A DNA stretch of 64,000 nucleotides, from the NCBI GenBank assembly GCA_030390025.1, contig CM059432.1:140804001-140868000 (forward strand), given 5' to 3'. The stretch's first letter is position 1, and each line of letters starts with the position of its first letter. This stretch comes from Squalus acanthias (taxonomy: Eukaryota). Both the position numbers and the translations under genes were made by a program. Positions 1-11,811 of this stretch are shown here, piece by piece. A model generated the notes under the pieces. It had not been told where the DNA came from, made no database searches, and worked only from the letters and a program-made list of their open reading frames with translations.

Positions 1-222
1 ATACCCCTTTTGCTCCTCAACTCTAGCCAAATGGATTCTGTCCTTGTCCCCTTAGGAACATCCTCCCTTTCCAACACTACAATGTCTTCCTTAATCAGCA
101 CTGCCACCCCATCTCCCTTTTTTTCTTCCCTATCTTTTCTGAACACCTTGTGCCCTTGAATATTAAGTGCCCAGTCCTCACCGTTTTTAAGCCACGTTTC
201 CGTTATTGCCACAACATCATAT
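1..222 (-). mobile_element. CR1 endonuclease-domain fragment
   Basis: Reverse strand reads YDVVAITETWL...WALNIQG..VFRKDR...GDGVAVLIKE. Confidence 0.85.
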
Positions 223-1013
223 TGCCACAGCATTATTTCAAAGAAGAGCAGGGGAATTCTCCCCGGTGTCCTGGCCAATATTTATCCCTCAACCAACATC
301 ACTAAAACAGAAGATCTGGTCAGTTATCTCATTGCTGTCTGTGGGACCTTGCTGTGCACAAATTGACTGCCACGTTTCCCTATATTACAACAGTATTTCA
401 TTGGTGTAAAGCACTTTGGGACGTTCTTAGGTGGTGAAAGGCGCTATAGAAATGCAAGTTGGTTCTTTTTTTCCTCTTATTTCCTCTCTTTGCTATTATT
501 AGTGAAAAATAGGTCTGGGTGAAAAGTGGTGTAATGTCACTAGAAGACACTGACCGATTGTTACTTCCCATTTAGCACTGCTCTGAGGGTTTACTCTCCA
601 AAACATAATAGTGAAAACTAAAGGAAAAAAACTTTTTTATTTGATCAAGCTTTGCTAAGATCATCAATGACAAGGTTGTGCAGCTTTCGTGAGCTGCAAA
701 TTCAAATTGAAAAGTAAGTGTCTCCAAGTGAGAACTAGTGTTAATAAACTTTAAAGTATTGCCGCAATGAAAATAGAAGTGAATTGTATGAAGTCAATTG
801 ACTTTAATTTCCCCTTGACACATTGTGTATATCCAGGCTTGGTGGGAAAGCAATTAAGTTCTTCATTATTGGCTTCTGTTTTGCACAGTAAAAAAAACAA
901 ATTAAAAAAAGATTAGGGGTTCAAATTTCCTTCAGGCTGCCAAGGACATCATCAGAGTAATCCGTGTGGGTGGAGGGGGATTGTGAACTAGGACAGGAAC
1001 CCACCAACACTAC

Positions 1014-1690
1014 GGGGGGAAAATCAGGTTGCTTTGCGCCTCCCGTTAGTGCCCCTGGGGGGTGCTAACGGGGCACAAAGCCCCTAGCGCCTGGGCGCGG
1101 CGCCGCTGACGCTTCCCGCGATATTCTGCGTGAGGTTAGCGGAGGCGGTAGCCGGTAGCGCCCTGTGGCGCTGCGCCTCCGGCGATGACGTCATCGCCAT
1201 GTGCAGCGTCCCGCTCGTGCCCTGGCCGCAAACTTGGGTCGCGCCCCCTGACCGATCGCCGGACGATATGTCCGACAGGGTCAGGGTGGTGTTTTTGCAG
1301 CCGCGGCGGCGCAAGTTAAAGGGCAGGTGTCAGGCGGCCTTTTTTCTTTGGGGTGCCGGCCGCCATTGCTCAGCCCAGCGCTCCTCTTGCGTGCCGGGCT
1401 GTTTTCACGGCACCTCGCTCCCCGGTGGTCCAACAGGGCCCCGGTGCACGCAGCGCTAGGCCCCTCCCCTTTAATCAGGGGACGGAGGCCTGCAATGACG
1501 TGGCGCTGCGTGGCGCTCTTGCACGTAGCACCGCGAAATTCACTGGTAGCGCCCCAGGAAGGAGGGGGAGCGCTTTCAGTAGCGCCCCGCCTCCTGCTTG
1601 GGGCGCTACCACTGAACATTTTCGGGGTGCTAAAAGTAGCGCCCCGGCGAAGTTAGCGCCCCAAAGGGGGCGCCACCGAATTTCTCCCCC
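1014..1690. mobile_element. CpG-rich non-autonomous TIR element (Harbinger-like)
   Basis: Imperfect TIR: GGGGGGAAAATCAGGT vs GGGGGAGAAATTCGGT (reverse complement of right end). Flanks TAC/TAT; repeated AGCGCCCC motifs. Confidence 0.7.
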
Positions 1691-1819
1691 TATGTTTTTG
1701 CACTTTCAATACTTTCCAGAATCCCTTCGCCTTTTTATGGCTTTTTCTATAAAGATCTTTAGGAATTTGCTGCCCCAGATCTCTCTGGGCCTACACTCTT
1801 GTTATTATTCATAGTGTAC

Positions 1820-2270
1820 TTCCTTTCATTTTCCCCAAAATGTTCGACTTCATATTTCTCTGCGTTGTACATCCATTTATCTACCGAACTGCTGACTCCA
1901 CCAAGCTGCCTATCTCCTCCTGCAATCTCTTCCATTCTTCCACACAGCTTGCCATACCCTGTGATTTGGTATCATCAGCAAATGTGCAATATAATTCCTG
2001 CTGTGCCTATGTCCAAATCACTTATATAATGTGGGAAAAAAAGGAAGGCTCCAGCATAGATTCCTAGAGTACACCACTAAAGGAAAAGCTTTCACTTGTA
2101 TACATTCAACTCACCGACTCTTGATCCCCCAATATAACTCTGGGTTACTGATTCACACCTCTTTCAGTTTGCTACCCCACCCCACTCAACCATCATTAAA
2201 GATAATTTATCCCAGCTTTCTGGCTCAGATTCCTACGCAACCTCAATCACTAACCTTGGCCCACAATGAT
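1820..2270 (-). mobile_element. Degenerate CR1 RT fragment
   Basis: Reverse complement of FADDTK codons (TTTGGTATCATCAGCAAA, ~1965-1982) in CR1-like context. Confidence 0.55.
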
Positions 2271-2569
2271 TGACACTTCCCACAAATCCTCGGGAGAGAG
2301 AGAGAGAGAGAGAGAGGCATTAATCATATTCGGCTTGCATTTTCATGTTCCCTCATTCAAGCGTTGTCCCAACAAATCATTTCGGGTATCCAACTCATCC
2401 GACCCTGCATGCGGGTCCAGAATGTCATTGGTGAGGCCTCTTTGCAGTCACTTAACAACCAGCCAGGTGGCATCGATGGGGGCCACCTGAAGTGCCACTG
2501 TGGTAGATGTGCCACTAGTGGAAGACCCCCCCCACTGATAGCTTCCCCAAACATGTTTTCAAATCCCGA

Positions 2570-3015
2570 GGCACTTCACAGGAACGCTTTCAGACAAAAA
2601 TGTGACACCGAGTCACATAAAGGGATATTAGGATAGATGACCAAAAGCTTGGTCAAAGAGGTGGGTTTTAAGGAGCACCTTCAAGGAGGAGAGAGAGGTA
2701 GAGGGGCGGAGAGGTTTAGGGAGGGAATTCCAGAGCTTAGGGCCTAGGCAGCTGAAGGCACGGCCGCCAATGGTGGAGCGATGGAAAATCGGGGATGCGC
2801 AAGAGGCCAGAATTAGAGGAGCGCAGAGATCTCGGAGGGTTGTAGGGCTGGAGGAGGTTACAGAGACAGGACCATGGAGGGGTTTGAACACGAGGATTTT
2901 AAAATTGAGGCGTTGCTGGACTGGGAGCCAGTGTAGGTCAGCGAGCACAGGGGTGATGGGCGAACAGGACTTGGTGCGAGTTAGGACACGGGCAGCCGAG
3001 TTAAGAACAAACTGA
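2570..3015 (-). mobile_element. L2 LINE 3' fragment
   Basis: NSAARVLTR...ITPVLADLHWLPV...FKIL...RAFS..GPKLWNSLP...LKTHLF. Confidence 0.88.
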
Positions 3016-3962
3016 AGTTTACAGAGTGCAACTCTCCCCACGACAGACATTCTCCATTTCTCGTTTGATCTTAACCTTTCTGCAACCTTAAGATGCTTAC
3101 AAGAACTTTCAGAAACTTTCCCTAACATTTTTAAACACTCTTATTCAAATGAACACTGAACATTTCAGTTCAGGTAAGCAGAACAATAAGAGCAAACAAA
3201 TCCAATTACATCAATCATTTTAGCAGATGTCATTCAGCTACAAAGACATCTCTTAGAAATTGCAACGGCCGATTTTAACCTTTCTTTAAAAATCAAAATC
3301 ACACATCTGCACTTTCAGTGCCTGTGAATCCTTGGTGGGAGGGCAATGTCATGTCAATAACATCCTTTCAAGGACTCTTGATACCATGCTATCTGTCTTA
3401 GGTCTATTGAAAATGAATTTTTCTTTGTTATTGCCTGCTCCTTACCCTTGCTAGCAGAACCTTGATATGTCTCCAATAAAGCAACCATGTGTATTCAAAG
3501 AATTAGCCCCATAAGACAGAAAGAACTTGTATTTCTATAGCTCCATTCATAACCTCAGGATGTCCCAAAGCACTTTACAGCCAATGAAGTACCTTTTGAA
3601 GTGTGGTCACTGCTGTAATGTAGGAAAAGCCATATTGCACACAGCAAGCTCCCACAAACAGCAATTTGATAATGACCAGATCATCTGTTTTTTAATGATA
3701 ACAACAACAACTTGTATTTATATAGCGTCTTTAACGTAGTAAAACATTCCAAGGCACTTCACAGGAGCGGTTATCAAACAAAATTTGACACTGAGCCACA
3801 TAAGGAGAAATTAGGCTAAATGATGGCTAAATATTGGCCCCAGGACACCGGGGAGAACTCCGCTGCTCTTCTTCAAAATAGTGCCATGGGATCTTTTACG
3901 TCCATCTGAGAGAGCCTCTTTACGCTATACACTAGATACTGGAAGGTATCACATGCCACATT

Positions 3963-4385
3963 ACGCCACTGAGTCGGAAGGTTGTGGGTTCAAATCCCAC
4001 TCCCGAGACTTGAGCACAAAAGCTAGGCTGACACTCCCAGTGCAGTACTGAGGGAGTGCTGCACTGTCAGAGGTGCCGTCGTTCGAATGCGACGTTAAGC
4101 CGAGGCCCCGTGTGCCCTCTCCGGTGAATGTAAATGATCCCACAGCACTATTTTGAAGAAGAGTAGGGGAGTTCTCCCCGGTGTTCTGGCCAATATTTAT
4201 CCCTCAACCCACAGATGATCTGGTCATTATCCATTGCTGTTTCTGGGATCTTGCTGTGCACAATTTGGCTGCCGATTTTCCTACATTACAACAGTGACTA
4301 CACTCCTAAAGGACTTCATTGGCTGTAAAGCGCTTTGGGACGTCCTGAGGTCATAAAAGGCGTTATAGAATTGCAAGTTCTTTCT
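3963..4385 (+). mobile_element. Deu-type SINE
   Basis: B-box GGTTCAAATCC, same body and tail. Partial copies also at 223-468(+) and 3519-3915(-, split by an L2 tail). Confidence 0.85.
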
Positions 4386-4649
4386 TATTTTCTGTCTTCT
4401 TAAAGTGACTGCTGCAGGCCAGTCCAGAAAAACGTTTCAAATACAGTTTAACATTGATTTTTTGTGGAGCTCTTTCCACTCGCTACCAGTCTCTCCGTGG
4501 CTCCCCCCACACCACCTCCCCACCCCGGGATTTCCACCACCCACCCACCTCCCTCCTCCCTCCCCCCCACATTCCCCCACAGTGGAGTTCCCAACCCCCT
4601 TTGTTTGCCAATATTATTCCAATGAGGCCCGACCACGAAAATAGTTCGA

Positions 4650-5046
4650 GTATCGAAGATTTAGGGGTGATCTAATTCAGGAGTTTAAGATGATTGAAGG
4701 AGTTGATAGGGTAGATGGAGAGAAACTATTTCCACTGGTGGGAGAGTCTAGAACAAGGGGCCATAACCTTAAAATTAGAGCTAGGCCGTTCGAGATGATG
4801 TCAGGAAGCACTTCTTCACACAAAGGGTCGGGGAAATCTGGAATTCTTGCCCCCAAAAAGCTGTTGAAGCTGGAGGTCAGTTGAAAATGTCAAAACTGAG
4901 ACTGATAGATTTTTGTTAGGCTAGGGTATTAAAGGTTACGGAACCAAGGCTGGTAGAAGGAGTTGAGATACAGATCAGCCATGATCTAATTGAATGGCGG
5001 AACAGGCTTGAGGGGCTGAATGGTCTACTCCTGTTCCTATGTTCCT
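4650..5046 (+). mobile_element. CR1 3' fragment
   Basis: KLFPLVGESRTRGHNLKI followed by a stem-loop and TTCCTATG tail. Confidence 0.85.
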
Positions 5047-5354
5047 GACTAACCCTAGTGGACATGGAGATGAAATTTTAATGTGCCAAATGATTGATGC
5101 CTTGGGCTCAGATAACTCAGCGCTGCCTTCCGATCTGTATGACTTAGCGTTACACCAGGCAAGGTACATTTAATCACGAAGTTTATCAAGGTAGCTGTGT
5201 GGTCATTTCTTCATGGATTGCAATGTTTTTCCCTGGTCGTATTGTTAAGAATGTGAAACATAAAAATCCACTATTTCATTGTTTGATGGTGGATTAGGTG
5301 CCTAGAGCTGATGATTAGCATTCTAGCGTGAAGGCTCTCCCTATTCATTGACCA

Positions 5355-5720
5355 ACCATGATATGAATGGTGGAAAAGACTCGAGGGGCTGAATGGCCTC
5401 CTCCTGTTCCTATGTAACAGGCTCGAGAGGGCTGTATGGCCTCCTCCTGTTTCTAGGTAACAGGCTCAAGAGGGCTGTATGGCCTCCTCCTGTTCCTAGG
5501 TAACAGGCTTGAGAGGGCTGTACGGCCTCCTCCTGTTTCTATGTAACAGGCTCGAGAGGGCTGTACGGCCTCCTCCTGTTCCTATGTAACAGGCTCGAGA
5601 GGGCTGTACGGCCTCCTCCTGTTTCTATGTAACAGGCTCGAGAGGGCTGTACGGCCTCCTCCTGTTCCTATGTAACAGGCTCGAGAGGGCTGTATGGCCT
5701 CCTCCTGTTTCTATGTTCCT
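5355..5720 (+). repeat. 43-bp tandem array (7 units) of a CR1 3' terminal stem-loop
   Basis: Unit GTAACAGGCTCGAGAGGGCTGTAYGGCCTCCTCCTGTTYCTAK from 5414; matches the CR1 tail at ~5000-5046. Confidence 0.93.
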
Positions 5721-7029
5721 AGATCAAGCCTGACCGAGCAAGCCGTGTGATCACTCTGCCCGATAAAAGTAAAGTTGTCCCCAGCGTATGGAGTAGCATG
5801 TAAGGAAAGATGGTTTCAGCAAGGGAGGGGGGTTTAATTGGAGCTATTAAAATAACATTGCCAGAGCAACAAATCACTGGAGCTAAATCACGGCTCCCTT
5901 GTCATATAAATAGAGGCTAAATGACAGTGAGCCTCGGTTCACTGGAAAATAAACCACCGACTCTTAGTCCTGAGGTGGTTCACCACTCGCAAGTGATTTA
6001 TCCAGTTCATACTCGGCTTTTAAGAGATAAACTAAAGGGGAATAGTCGGTATTCCTAGCGATGGGGTCAAGTCAGAAGTAAACTGTTGGAACCACAGCGC
6101 GCGTGTGGTTTGAAAGTGCGTACAATTACCAGGTCAAACAGAAAGGCCTTTCATGTCCCATCTGGTTTGAGGAGGTCTGCGGATGTGACCTTGTCTCATA
6201 ACAGAAGCTGCCCTTCGCACTGCAAGGCATGAGATCTGTAGCGTGCAGCTGCGTCTGATCTCATGCACATTCACTAACTTCTATCCTCAACACAGTCCCT
6301 TTCATAGAGGACCGGAGTTAATGTGGAATATATTTTAGTGGTACACATGCAACCCATTGTTGCAGCAGAAATTCATTCCGTCTAAAACTTTCAATAATTA
6401 AAAGCACATCTGCAATAAGTATTTCAATAAATTAATCAGCCCTGAAATTCTCTTAATAGTGTCGTCGAAACCTTTTTAATGATTTTGTCAATTGCACATC
6501 ACTTTCATAAATTCAGATTCAGCATTCTCTTCCCCATCTCTATCAATTTTGAAACTCATTGGGGGAGAAATTCAACATTGTTTCACCCGGTTTTTGGGCG
6601 TAACCTCCTCCAGCCCTACAACCCCCTGAGATTTCTGCACTTCTCAAATTCTGGCCTCTTGCGCAACCCCGACTCCCTTCGCCCCACTATTGGTGGCCGT
6701 GCCTTCGGCTGCCGAGGCCCTAAGCTCTGGAATTCCCTCTCTAAACCTCTCCGCCTCTCCGCCTCTCTCTCCTTCTTTAAGGTGCTCCTTAAAACCTACC
6801 TCTTTGACCAAGCTTTTGATCACCTGCCCTAATATCTCCTTACGTAGCTCAGTGTCAAATTTAGTCTGATAATCGCTCCTGTGAAGCACCTTGGGATGTT
6901 TTAGTATGTTCAAGGCACGCTGTAAATATAAGTTGTTGTTGTTGGTGGGCGATGAATTTCCAGTTGCAATCTTCCCCAGAAGTGCGCTGCCCACCAAACC
7001 GGCAAGCCGACAACTTTTGGTTGCCGACA

Positions 7030-7492
7030 ACAGTCAAGAAGCTCAACACCATCCAGGAGAAAGCAGCCCGCTTGATTGGCACCCCATCCACCACCTTATA
7101 CATTCACTCACTCCACCACCGGTGTACCATGGCTGCAGTGTGTACCATCTACAAGATGCACTGCAGCAACTCGCCAAGGCTTCTATGGCAGCACCTCCCA
7201 AACCCGCCACCTCTTCCACCTAGAAGGACAAGGGCAGCAGGAAGTTCCCCTCAAATTCCCCTCCAAGTCACACACCATCCTGACTTGGAAGTATATCGCC
7301 GTTCCTTCATTGTCACTTGGTCAAAATCCTGGAACTCCCTCCCTAACAGCACTGTGGGAGCACCTTCACCACACGGACTGCAGTGGTTCAAGAAGGCGGC
7401 TCACCACCACCTTCTTAAGGACAATTAGGGATGGGCAATAAATGCTGCCCTTGCCAGCGACGCCCACATCCAATGAATGAATAAATAAAAAA
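7030..7492 (+). mobile_element. LINE family B 3' fragment
   Basis: KKLNTIQEKAARLIG...AAHHHLLKDN* with the same tail. Confidence 0.88.
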
Positions 7493-7514
7493 TGAATTAA
7501 AAATATTTAATCAC

Positions 7515-7912
7515 ATTAGGGTTGATCTAATAGAGGTCTTTAAGATTATGAAGGGGTTTGATAGGGTAGATGTAGTGAAGATGTTTCCACTTGTGGGAGA
7601 GTTCAAAACTAAGGGCCATAAATATAAGATAGTCATTAATAAATCCAATAAGTAATTCAGAAGAAACTTCTTTACTGAGAGAGTGGTGACAATGTGGAAC
7701 TCGCTACCACATGGAGTGTTTCAGGCGAATAGCATAGATGCATTTAAGGAGAAGTTAGATAAGAATATGAGGGAGAAAGGAATAGAAGGTTATGCTGATG
7801 GGGTGAGATGAAGAGGGGTGGGAGGAGGCTCGTGTGGAACATGAACACCGGCACGGACCTGTTGGGCCGAATGGCCTGTTTCTGTGCTGTATATTCGATG
7901 TAATTCTATGTA
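7515..7912 (+). mobile_element. CR1 3' fragment; same subfamily as 9625-9800(-), 11465-11812(-), 14040-14172(-) and 52770-54920(+)
   Basis: Shared 3' UTR (GGAGGCTCGTGTGGA..AAACACCGGC..GGGCCGAATGGCCTGTTTCTGTGCTGTA) or shared C-terminal coding sequence. Confidence 0.85.
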
Positions 7913-8432
7913 ACCTGAATAACAAGGCTGGATGCAGACCTGTGACCACGGCCACGGCTTTTAAAGCTGATTTCAAGGCTAGACTGACAGGGCTGGGGAA
8001 GGTCTGACTGTCAGCATGAGACACAGCCTGTTAACGTGTATTTTAAATGAATAAAGCCTAAATACATCACAAGTAATAAAATGCTTTGTGACGATCCAGG
8101 TGATAATTCCAATGTACAATGGTCTGTAAAAGGGGTATAAAAATGGGGTGAATATATACACCCAGGGGAAAGAATCTTTAACCACATGCGCAGGCTGTCA
8201 GGCACTTCAAGAGGTCTTCAGAGATTGTGGGCACGAGTTTATCTCCGAACCATTAATGTTGCATATTCCAAACCGCTGCATTTAAATTTGACATCAGTGG
8301 TAAGTTAAGGCGCCCAATCCCTCACACAGCTGGAATCGTCATAGTTAAGGCCCTGAAGCAATCAAAAAATGAGACTCCTGATTCCTACAAGTCCTATTAT
8401 GCAGTAACACCTCGACCAGAGCTGGACACGAC

Positions 8433-8650
8433 ATGGCAGCCGTGTTCTGAAGACGCAGGAAGTCCAGGTTCACAGAGCTGGAGACGGTCGTGACCGGCGG
8501 GACTTTATTATTCAGAATGACACTGGTGTTCCTTGAACAAAGCAACAGGAAGGCTTGAGGCCTGGGAAGAGATGGCATGGCAGTTGAGCAGAACCTGCAT
8601 CAATAAAAAAAGAACTTGGCCAAAGAAGAGTAAATAGTTAAATGATTGCA
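8433..8650 (+). pseudogene. Decayed Myb/SANT-like (Harbinger ORF1/NAIF1-type) DNA-binding domain
   Basis: RRRKSRFTELETVV, then by frameshift AWEEMAWQLSRT..KKRTW.KKSK*LND. Confidence 0.6.
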
Positions 8651-8694
8651 ATAGATCTCTGTTCCAAGGACAGCAGTCCTAACACCTGTAGAAA

Positions 8695-9115
8695 TGTTAG
8701 GACTGTTCTCCATGGAACAGAGAAGTTTAAGAGGTGACCTAATAGAGGTTTTCAAGAGGATGAGGGGTTTTGATAAGAGTAGTTAGAGAAATACTGTTCC
8801 CTCTGGCGAGTGGGTCAATAACCAGAGGCCATGGATTTAAAATCATTGGAAAAAGATCTAGACGGGGAGATGAGAAGAATTTTTTTCACTCCGAGAGTTG
8901 TCGGGATCTGGAACGCTCGACCTGAAAAGGTGGTGGAAGCTGATTCAATAAATAATTTAAAAGGGAATTGGATGGGTTCTTGAGGAGAAGGAATTCACAG
9001 GGTTACGGACAAAAAGTGGGGGTGTTGGGCTAAACACGACTGCTCGTTCAAAGAGCCAGCACAGGCACAACGGGCCGAATGGCCCCCTTCTGTGCTGTAA
9101 CTTTCTATGATTATG
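8695..9115 (+). mobile_element. CR1 3' fragment; related pieces at 24353-24720(-), 32145-32322(-), 50946-51051(+) and 22220-22425(-)
   Basis: RGDLIEVFK-type coding end and/or GGGCCGAATGGCC..TTCTGTGCTGTA tail. Confidence 0.8.
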
Positions 9116-9834
9116 AGAATCTACAAAAGAATAAGTTTGATCAAATGTTATTTGTTCAAGTTGGAGTCTCTTACATCTGTAGTGATGTTGAGAGTTTACT
9201 ACAGTTGTCTCAGGATGTGTCTCTATGAAGGCGAAGACAGACACGGAGAGGTGACAAAGTTTTCCCCTCCTTACTGAGCAATGAACTCCGAGAATCTTCA
9301 AACAGGATTCTTCAAATTGGTACAGAAAACGGTTAAGTGCTTCCTCTGGGAAGAAGGATACAGGGAACCAGAATCCGACAAGGAATAAACCCTCCAGATG
9401 CAGAGGGTTATTTCCTAGCACATTAACTGTAGCCAGTAATATTGTGGTTACAGCTACCCCCTGCCACTGAGAGGCCACGTTGGCTGAGCACTCCCAAGAA
9501 GTGATGTAAACCTCAAAATCTTAGTTCCGTGGTAAACCACAGACCTCAAAAAGAGGTGAAAAGGTCTTCTGGCAATAGGCTGATGCAGCTTCCATAGTCT
9601 TTAACACTTAAAGCAGGGACACGCATAGAATTACACAGAATATACAGCACAGAAACAGGCCATTCGGCCCAACTGGTCCGTGCCGGTGTTTATGCTCCAC
9701 TCAAGCCTCCTCCCACCCCTACTTCATCTCACCCTATCAGCATATCCTTCTATTCCTTTCTCCCTCATGTACTTATCTAGCTTTTAAATTAAATGCATTT
9801 ATGTCATCAGAAACAGAATATTAACAGGACAAAA

Positions 9835-10262
9835 AAGTAAGACTTGCATTTCTATAGCGCCTTTCACGATTTCAGGACATCCCAAAGAGTTTACAGCCAA
9901 TGAAGCACTTTTGAAGTGTAGTCACTGTTGTAATGTAGGGAAACGTGGCAGCCAGTTTGCACACAGCAAGATCCCACAAACAGCAATATTATTATGACCA
10001 GATAATCTGTTTTAGTCATGTTGGTTGAGTCATAAATATTGACCAGTACACTGGGGAGAACTCCCCTGCTATTCTTCGAAATAATGCCGTGGGATCTTTT
10101 ACATCCACCTGAGAGGGCATGTCTCATCCAAAAGACAGCACCTCTGACAGTGTTGCACTCCCTCATTGGGAGTGTCAGCCTAGATTTTGTGTTCAAGTCT
10201 CTCGAGTGGGGCTTGAACCCATGACCGTCTGACTAAGAGGTGAGAGTGCTACCACCGAGCCA
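9835..10262 (-). mobile_element. Deu-type SINE
   Basis: Colinear with 23642-24102. Confidence 0.85.
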
Positions 10263-10307
10263 TCTTTAGTCAAGACTGGCAGTATAAATGTATCACATGC
10301 TGAGAGT

Positions 10308-10744
10308 GGGCTGGATTTTGAATGACCCGTGGAGTCGGGTTTGGAGGCGTGTGGGGGGTTAAAGTTGCAGGGTCGGGGGTCCCGACCCCATCCCGCCTCC
10401 ACGCAATTTTGACAAAATCAGTCGCGGGGTTCCCGACTCCGTCCCGCCTCCAAGAGGCGGGAGAGGCCATTAAAGCCCTTAACAAGCCCTAAATTGGCTC
10501 TGTAATGCCATTTTGAAATGTTTTAGCTAGTTTAACCCTTTTCCGACGTGAAGTACTCCTGATGTGAAACACTCCAGTGAAACCTGGCGGGAGCACAAGT
10601 GGATAGCTGACTATCAGCTGCAGGTCCACTATTACAACGGAGATGTGATGAAGGTAGTAGTAGTATTAGGTTTGAAAGTCGCCTCTGATGCTGCTGCATT
10701 GAATGTCTTCAGAGACTGCCTGGCTTTTGGTGTGAGAGGATTCA

Positions 10745-10815
<71 letters not shown>

Positions 10816-11105
10816 CATTTTGCATCCAGGTCCACTCACAGGAAAAGCCAGGCAGTCTCTGAGACCAGGCAGTCAGTCTCTAACCTGCAATGCAGCAGCA
10901 ATGATGACATCATCAGAGGCGACTTTCAGACTGAAACCACTAATTGGTTCATGGGTTCCCACATGCTGGAACTCAATTGCCCAATTAAGTGAAAATTGCA
11001 TCATTCATCCACATTAATCTGGAGTCGGGGGGGGGGGGGAACACAAAATGCGGATGACACGACCCCAACCCGCCCCCAACCCGACCCCAAGACAAAATCC
11101 AGCCC
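10308..11105 (+). mobile_element. Harbinger-type MITE family A
   Basis: TIR GGGCTGGATTTTG / CAAAATCCAGCCC; homologous to 46004 and 47120; TSD not preserved. Confidence 0.85.
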
Positions 11106-11811
11106 TAATAAGAGTTCAGTGAGTTTCTGATGCTGGGTCAATGCTGAGTGGAATCTCTGTGCTACTCCACAGAGAGAGAGAGAGAAAATTGGAGTCATTT
11201 GCAGTCTGCTGCCATGCATCTCTTAGTGGCTGGTTTAGAGTTGCACTGCTGGAGGCCTCACAGAAGGCAACCTCTTGGCCATTGGGAATATGTGCCCAAG
11301 AGAGATATGAGAGTCTGGAAAAGTCTGAAGAGGGTAAATATGCTTATATGAGGACATAGCTTCAACTTTGCAAATGAAAGAATTGGGAGTAAAGTTCAAC
11401 AAAAAGGTAGAATAAAGCAGAAAGACTAAATTAGGAGGTCAACCCAGAAGGCAGCAACAGACGTAGATTTACATAGAATTTACAGCACAGAAACAGGCCA
11501 TTCGGCCCAATAGACCTATGCCGGTGTTTATGCTCCACACGAGCCTCCTCCTACCCCTCTTCATCTCACCCTATCAACATAACCCTCGATTCCCTTCTTC
11601 CGCATATGTTTATCTAGCTTCCCCTTAAATACATCTGTGCTATTTGCTTCAACCACTCCATGTGGTAACAAGTTCCACATTCTAACCACTCTCTGGCTAA
11701 AGAAGTTTCTCCTGAATTCCCTATTGGAGTTATTGGTGGCTACCTTATAGTTATAGACCCTAGTTTTGGACTCCCACACAAGTGGAATTGCCTTGTCCAC
11801 GTCTATCAGCG

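Noticed and set aside
1084..1814. Overlapping ORFs or a CpG-island promoter
   Set aside because: Bounded by TIR-like ends; the ORFs reflect high GC content.
8957..9478. 173-aa minus-strand ORF
   Set aside because: Ends in an antisense CR1 tail; the opposite strand fits an L1 relic better.
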